Of a DNA stretch of 64,000 nt, positions 59,783 to 64,000 are shown piece after piece. Under the pieces are notes generated by a model. That model was not told where the DNA came from. It worked only from the letters and a program-made list of their open reading frames with translations, and did no database searches. The position numbers were made by a program, and so were the translations under genes. The DNA is from an uncultured Bacilli bacterium (lineage in GTDB: Bacteria; Bacillota_I; Bacilli_A; RF39; UBA660). The stretch is taken from the NCBI GenBank assembly GCA_947589495.1, contig CANQAK010000002.1, forward strand, positions 5,121 to 69,120. Direction: 5' to 3'. Positions within the stretch are counted from its first letter, which is position 1. Every line of letters begins with the position of its first letter.

Positions 59783-60825
59783 AAAATAAAATATTGGGAT
59801 TATTAATAGTATTTATTATTCTTTTAACAAGTGGATGTGGTGCTAATGATTATATAAAAAATGATAAAAATGGAATAGTTCAATATGAAGCCACTGGTCA
59901 AAATCTTCAAAATAATATATTATGTAAACCAGAAGAATCCTCTGAATTATATAAATTATATGAGAAGTATAATGATGAATTAAAAATAGATTTAAAGAAG
60001 TTACCAACTTGTAAAGATTTTAAAATTACTTCTAATAAATCATCAGGGATTTGGGAATTTATTTTTGTTAAACCTTTAGCATTCTTAATTTTAAAATTAG
60101 GAAATTTAGTTGGTAATATGGGTATATCCTTAATTATAGTAGGATTATTAATAAGACTTATTTTATTACCTTTTTCCTATAAAACACATAAACAAAGTAA
60201 GAATATGCAAAAAGTTAATAAAGAGATGCAAAAAATTGAATATAAGTATCGTGGAAGAGATGATACAGATTCAATGATGATGAAAAGTCAAGAGATGATG
60301 GCAGTTTATAAAAAATATGATATTAAACCAATGTCTGGTTGTTTAGTAGCATTCTTACAATTACCTATTTTCTTTGCTTTTTTACAAGCAATTAACCGTG
60401 TACCGGCTATATTCGAAGATAAATTATTAGGATTTAATTTAGGAATGACACCATATGTTGGACTTTCTAATGGAAATTATTTATATATCTTACTTATTAT
60501 AATGATTGCTTTATCGACATATTTTTCTTTTAAATATTCTATGAAATCAGCTGGGGCAATTAATCAAACTAAAGAGATGCAAAGTCAAATGAATATGATG
60601 ACAAATATTATGGTAGTATTAATTGTGGTTACTTCATTTTCATTATCAACTGCTTTAGCATTTTATTGGATTATAACTTATGCATTTATAGCTATTCAAA
60701 CATTTATATTTAAAAAGTTATCAAATGAACCAAAAAAGAAAAATAATGATCCAAAAGAAAAGAAGGGGAAAATAAAAGAAAAATTAGAAGTTAAAAGAGG
60801 TCTTAAATATGGAAATAATAAATAA
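59779..60825 (+). CDS. yidC: Membrane protein insertase YidC/OxaA (lipoprotein type)
   Basis: Lipobox LLTSGC and the YidC core ...LIRLILLPFSYKTHKQS...MQKIEYKY... Confidence 0.92.
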   Translation: MKNKILGLLIVFIILLTSGCGANDYIKNDKNGIVQYEATGQNLQNNILCKPEESSELYKLYEKYNDELKIDLKKLPTCKDFKITSNKSSGIWEFIFVKPLAFLILKLGNLVGNMGISLIIVGLLIRLILLPFSYKTHKQSKNMQKVNKEMQKIEYKYRGRDDTDSMMMKSQEMMAVYKKYDIKPMSGCLVAFLQLPIFFAFLQAINRVPAIFEDKLLGFNLGMTPYVGLSNGNYLYILLIIMIALSTYFSFKYSMKSAGAINQTKEMQSQMNMMTNIMVVLIVVTSFSLSTALAFYWIITYAFIAIQTFIFKKLSNEPKKKNNDPKEKKGKIKEKLEVKRGLKYGNNK

Positions 60826-61417
60826 AGAAGGAAAAGAATTAGAAACTATATTAGAAAGTATTTGTGAAGAAAATAATTTAAGTAAAGATGATTTTTATTA
60901 CAGTTATACTACAAAAAAAAGTGGATTATTTAATAAAAATAATACCATAACTGTAACTGCATATTTAAAAGAAAATATTTTAAATTATATTAAAGATTAT
61001 TTAAATGAATTATTAACAAATATGGGTTTAGATGTTCAATTTGAAACAAAAATAAGAGATAATGTTTTGTTTATCAAAATATATTCATCAAATAATTCTG
61101 TTTTGATTGGGCGGGAAGGTAATACTTTAAAAGCTTTAGAAAGTATTGTTAGACAAAAAATTAATACAGATTTTAATATAAGACCTTTAGTAACTTTAGA
61201 TATTGAAAATTATCGTGAAAAACAACAACAAAGATTAGAAAGAATGGCTAAAAGATTAGCAAGAGATGTGGTAAAAACTAAAATGGAAGTTCACCTAGAA
61301 AATATGAATGCTTATGATAGAAGAATAATTCATAATGCTTTAACAAATTTTAAAGGTGTTAGTACTTCTAGTATTGGAGAGGAACCAAATAGACATGTAA
61401 TAATTAAACCAGAATAA
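60809..61417 (+). CDS. khpB: Jag/KhpB RNA-binding protein (KH plus R3H)
   Basis: GREGNTLKALESIVR (KH) and MNAYDRRIIHNAL (R3H). Confidence 0.88.
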   Translation: MEIINKEGKELETILESICEENNLSKDDFYYSYTTKKSGLFNKNNTITVTAYLKENILNYIKDYLNELLTNMGLDVQFETKIRDNVLFIKIYSSNNSVLIGREGNTLKALESIVRQKINTDFNIRPLVTLDIENYREKQQQRLERMAKRLARDVVKTKMEVHLENMNAYDRRIIHNALTNFKGVSTSSIGEEPNRHVIIKPE

Positions 61418-61494
61418 AATGAGAAATCTGGTTTTTTTAATGCAATTATTTTTAATTTGTGCTAATATAGTTTTAGTTTTGAAAGGAAAAGACT

Positions 61495-62838
61495 ATGGAA
61501 GATACAATTTGTGCTATTTCTACATCTCCAGGACTTGGAGCTATTTCTATTATTAGAGTAAGTGGTACTCATGCTTTAGATATTGTTTCTAAAATTTTTA
61601 GAGGAAAAGATTTAAAAAAATGTCCAAGTCACACAATTAATTATGGATATATATATAATAATGATGAAAAAATAGATGAAGTATTAGTAAGTGTTATGTT
61701 AGCACCTAAAACGTATACTACAGAAGATATAGTTGAAATAAATTCTCATGGAGGAATTAATACAACAAATACAATTTTAGAATTATTATTAGAAAATGGT
61801 TGTAGATTAGCGTCCCCTGGGGAGTTTACTAAAAGAGCATTTTTAAATGGTCGAATTGATTTAACCCAAGCTGAAGCTGTCAATGATTTAATAAATGCCA
61901 AGACTGACAATGCAAGAAAAATGGCTTTAAATAATTTAGGAGGTAAACTTTTACAAAGTATCAAAAATTTAAGAAAAACTATTGTAGAAGTAATGGCAAA
62001 TATTGAAGTAAATATAGATTATCCTGAATATGAAGATATTGAAGTAGTTACTAAAGATACATTAATTCCTAAGTTAAAAAGTGTTAAAAAGAAAATTGAA
62101 GAAATATTAATAGATTCTAAAAATAGTAAGTTAATTAAAGAAGGTATTGATGTAGCTATTGTTGGTAAACCAAATGTCGGTAAAAGTAGTATTTTAAATG
62201 CATTAATAAATGAAGATAAAGCAATTGTTACTAATATTGCTGGAACTACTAGAGATATAGTTGAAGGATCTATTACTTTGAATGGATTTTTATTAAATTT
62301 TATTGATACAGCAGGTATTAGAGAAACAGATAATTTAGTAGAACAAATTGGAGTTGAGAAAAGTAAAAAAATCCTCCAAGAAGCTGATTTAGTAATCATT
62401 GTTTTAAATAATAATGAAAAGTTAGAACAATTTGATGAAGAATTAATTAAAAGTGTTGATGATGAAAAAAGAATTATTTTTGTTAATAAATCAGATTTAG
62501 AAAATTTAATTGTTTTAAAAGAAGATTATATAATAGGAAATACCATTGAAGAAAATGGTCTTGATAATTTAAAAAATGCTATTATAAATAAAATGCATTT
62601 AGATAATATATTAAGTAAAGATATGACTTATATGTCTAATGCAAGACAAATATCTTTATTAAAACAAGCATTAAAAAGTATTGAACAAGCAATTTTAAAT
62701 TTAGAAAAAAATATAGAAGTTGATATTGTTGAAATAGATATTACTAATGCATGGAATTTTTTAGGAGAAATAACGGGAGAAACTTATCAAGATGAATTAA
62801 TTAATACTTTATTTAGTAATTTTTGTTTAGGAAAGTAG
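61495..62838 (+). CDS. mnmE: tRNA modification GTPase MnmE
   Basis: DTICAISTSPG, GKPNVGKSS, DTAGIRE and the C-terminal FCLGK. Confidence 0.95.
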   Translation: MEDTICAISTSPGLGAISIIRVSGTHALDIVSKIFRGKDLKKCPSHTINYGYIYNNDEKIDEVLVSVMLAPKTYTTEDIVEINSHGGINTTNTILELLLENGCRLASPGEFTKRAFLNGRIDLTQAEAVNDLINAKTDNARKMALNNLGGKLLQSIKNLRKTIVEVMANIEVNIDYPEYEDIEVVTKDTLIPKLKSVKKKIEEILIDSKNSKLIKEGIDVAIVGKPNVGKSSILNALINEDKAIVTNIAGTTRDIVEGSITLNGFLLNFIDTAGIRETDNLVEQIGVEKSKKILQEADLVIIVLNNNEKLEQFDEELIKSVDDEKRIIFVNKSDLENLIVLKEDYIIGNTIEENGLDNLKNAIINKMHLDNILSKDMTYMSNARQISLLKQALKSIEQAILNLEKNIEVDIVEIDITNAWNFLGEITGETYQDELINTLFSNFCLGK

Positions 62839-62846
62839 GTAAAAAT

Positions 62847-63356
62847 ATGTTTCGTTTAGCTACAAAAAATGATGTAAATAAAATTATGGATATTGTTAAA
62901 GTTATTATTGTTGATATGAAATGTGAAGGTAACTATCAGTGGGATGAATTTTATCCTACTGATAAAGATTTTTTAAATGATATAAATAATAATAATTTAT
63001 ATGTTTTAGAAGAAAATGATACATTATTAGGGTTTATTTGTGTAGTTAAAGCAAATAATAAAGATTATGAAAATGTTTCTATTAAAAGTAGGGATGAATC
63101 TTATATAATTCATCGTCTAGGAGTAAATAAAAATTATAGAAATCAAAAAATTGCTCAAAGATTACTTGAATATGGTGAAAAAATAGCTAAAAAAAATAAT
63201 ATTTTTTTAATGAAGTCAGATACCAAAATAACTAATATAAAAATGAATAATTTATTTCAAAAAGTTGGTTACATTAAAAAATGTGAATTTCAAATGCAAG
63301 AAAAAGATGGAAATTATGGTACTTATAATTATTATGAAAAAGATTTAAGGATGTGA
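62847..63356 (+). CDS. GNAT-family N-acetyltransferase
   Basis: HRLGVNKNYRNQKIAQRLLEYGEKIAK, an acetyl-CoA-binding motif A. I place the start at ATG 62847. Confidence 0.75.
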   Translation: MFRLATKNDVNKIMDIVKVIIVDMKCEGNYQWDEFYPTDKDFLNDINNNNLYVLEENDTLLGFICVVKANNKDYENVSIKSRDESYIIHRLGVNKNYRNQKIAQRLLEYGEKIAKKNNIFLMKSDTKITNIKMNNLFQKVGYIKKCEFQMQEKDGNYGTYNYYEKDLRM

Positions 63357-63360
63357 TTTT

Positions 63361-64000
63361 ATGTATGATGTTATAGTTGTTGGAGGTGGACATGCTGGTT
63401 GTGAAGCTTCAAATATTGCTGCTAAAATGGGTATGAAAACCCTTCTTTTAACTATGAATAAAAATAATATTGCTGATATGCCATGTAATCCTTCAATTGG
63501 GGGTACTGCTAAAGGTATTATAGTAAGAGAAGTTGATGCCTTAGGTGGTTTAATGGGAATAGTTGCAGATAAAAGTCATTTTCAAATAAAAATGCTTAAT
63601 AATTCTAAAGGTCCAGCTGTAAGGAGTTTACGTGCACAAGAGGATAAAAGAGTTTATCCAAAAAAGATGTTAGAATTTTTAGAAAAAAATAAAAATTTAG
63701 AAATTAAAGAAGGTTTAGTTGAAGATTTAATCGTAGAAGATAAAGAAGTAAAAGGGGTAGTTTTAAGTGATGGAAAAGAAATAAAAAGTAAAACGGTTAT
63801 TCTTACAACTGGTACTTATACTAAATCAAATATTTTAATTGGTTCTGAAAATACACCGGGTGGTCCCCATGGAGAGGGAAGAAGTAACTATTTAAGTGAT
63901 AATTTAAAAAAATTAGGTTTAAATATTATTAGACTTAAAACAGGAACACCACAAAGAATAAAAAAAGAATCAATTGACTTTAGTAAAATGCATGAAGAAG
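63361..64000 (+). CDS. mnmG: tRNA uridine 5-carboxymethylaminomethyl modification enzyme MnmG (5' part; runs off the window)
   Basis: MYDVIVVGGGHAGCEAS...PCNPSIGGTAKG. Confidence 0.95.
   Translation, partial: MYDVIVVGGGHAGCEASNIAAKMGMKTLLLTMNKNNIADMPCNPSIGGTAKGIIVREVDALGGLMGIVADKSHFQIKMLNNSKGPAVRSLRAQEDKRVYPKKMLEFLEKNKNLEIKEGLVEDLIVEDKEVKGVVLSDGKEIKSKTVILTTGTYTKSNILIGSENTPGGPHGEGRSNYLSDNLKKLGLNIIRLKTGTPQRIKKESIDFSKMHEE

Noticed and set aside
1-64000. Looked for the missing DGR components (reverse transcriptase with a YxDD motif, Avd, A-rich template repeat) and for a noc gene inside the window.
   Set aside because: No listed ORF has RT-like or Noc-like features. The string GCGGTTCGCCCAGTC and its complement occur only in the two variable blocks. 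Absence from this window says nothing about the rest of the genome.
1-64000. Given the extreme AT-richness, considered Mollicutes-type genetic code 4 (UGA as Trp).
   Set aside because: All housekeeping genes are full length under the standard code. Trp is encoded by TGG (for example EWTMSR, WYYGD). Sporulation genes are present.

Overview
Origin-proximal 64-kb segment of a very AT-rich Firmicute chromosome from an endospore-forming lineage. It uses the standard genetic code. spo0A, spoVT, spoVG, yabG, yabP, yabQ and bofA are all present. Almost every gene from 1 to 58920 is on the minus strand, and every gene from 59302 onward is on the plus strand. This places oriC in the dnaA-rpmH gap.

Content in window order:
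- AbgT transporter fragment, DUF951, parB and parA.
- The complete alpha/spc/S10 ribosomal-protein cluster, including rpoA, infA, map, adk and secY.
- gpmI.
- Two tandem paralogous membrane-anchored proteins.
- spo0A, pgk, gap and clpP.
- A yabP-yabQ-divIC / spoVG / veg / yabG / ksgA / tatD / metG block, with a Met T-box leader.
- spoVT, mfd and pth.
- ricT, holB, bofA, recR, ybaB, dnaX and tadA.
- SRP RNA.
- A 1.34-kb gene-free region.
- gyrA, gyrB, recF, a ComK-like gene, dnaN and dnaA.
- rpmH, rnpA, yidC, jag, mnmE, a GNAT gene and mnmG.

Two things stand out.
1. The gene desert at 48822-50164 carries two perfect ParB parS palindromes (TGTTTCACGTGAAACA). They are flanked by five perfect copies of the Noc-binding-site palindrome (TATTTCCCGGGAAATA), and a sixth copy sits in front of the ComK-like gene. 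The sites are arranged as inverted arms plus a 193-bp tandem repeat. This looks like a dedicated composite ParB/Noc landing pad.
2. The two paralogous surface proteins each end in a 127-nt block that is GC-rich and A-depleted. Their mutual differences have the codon pattern of a diversity-generating-retroelement variable region. No reverse transcriptase or template repeat is present in the window. One paralogue also has a G9 tract inside its promoter spacer.
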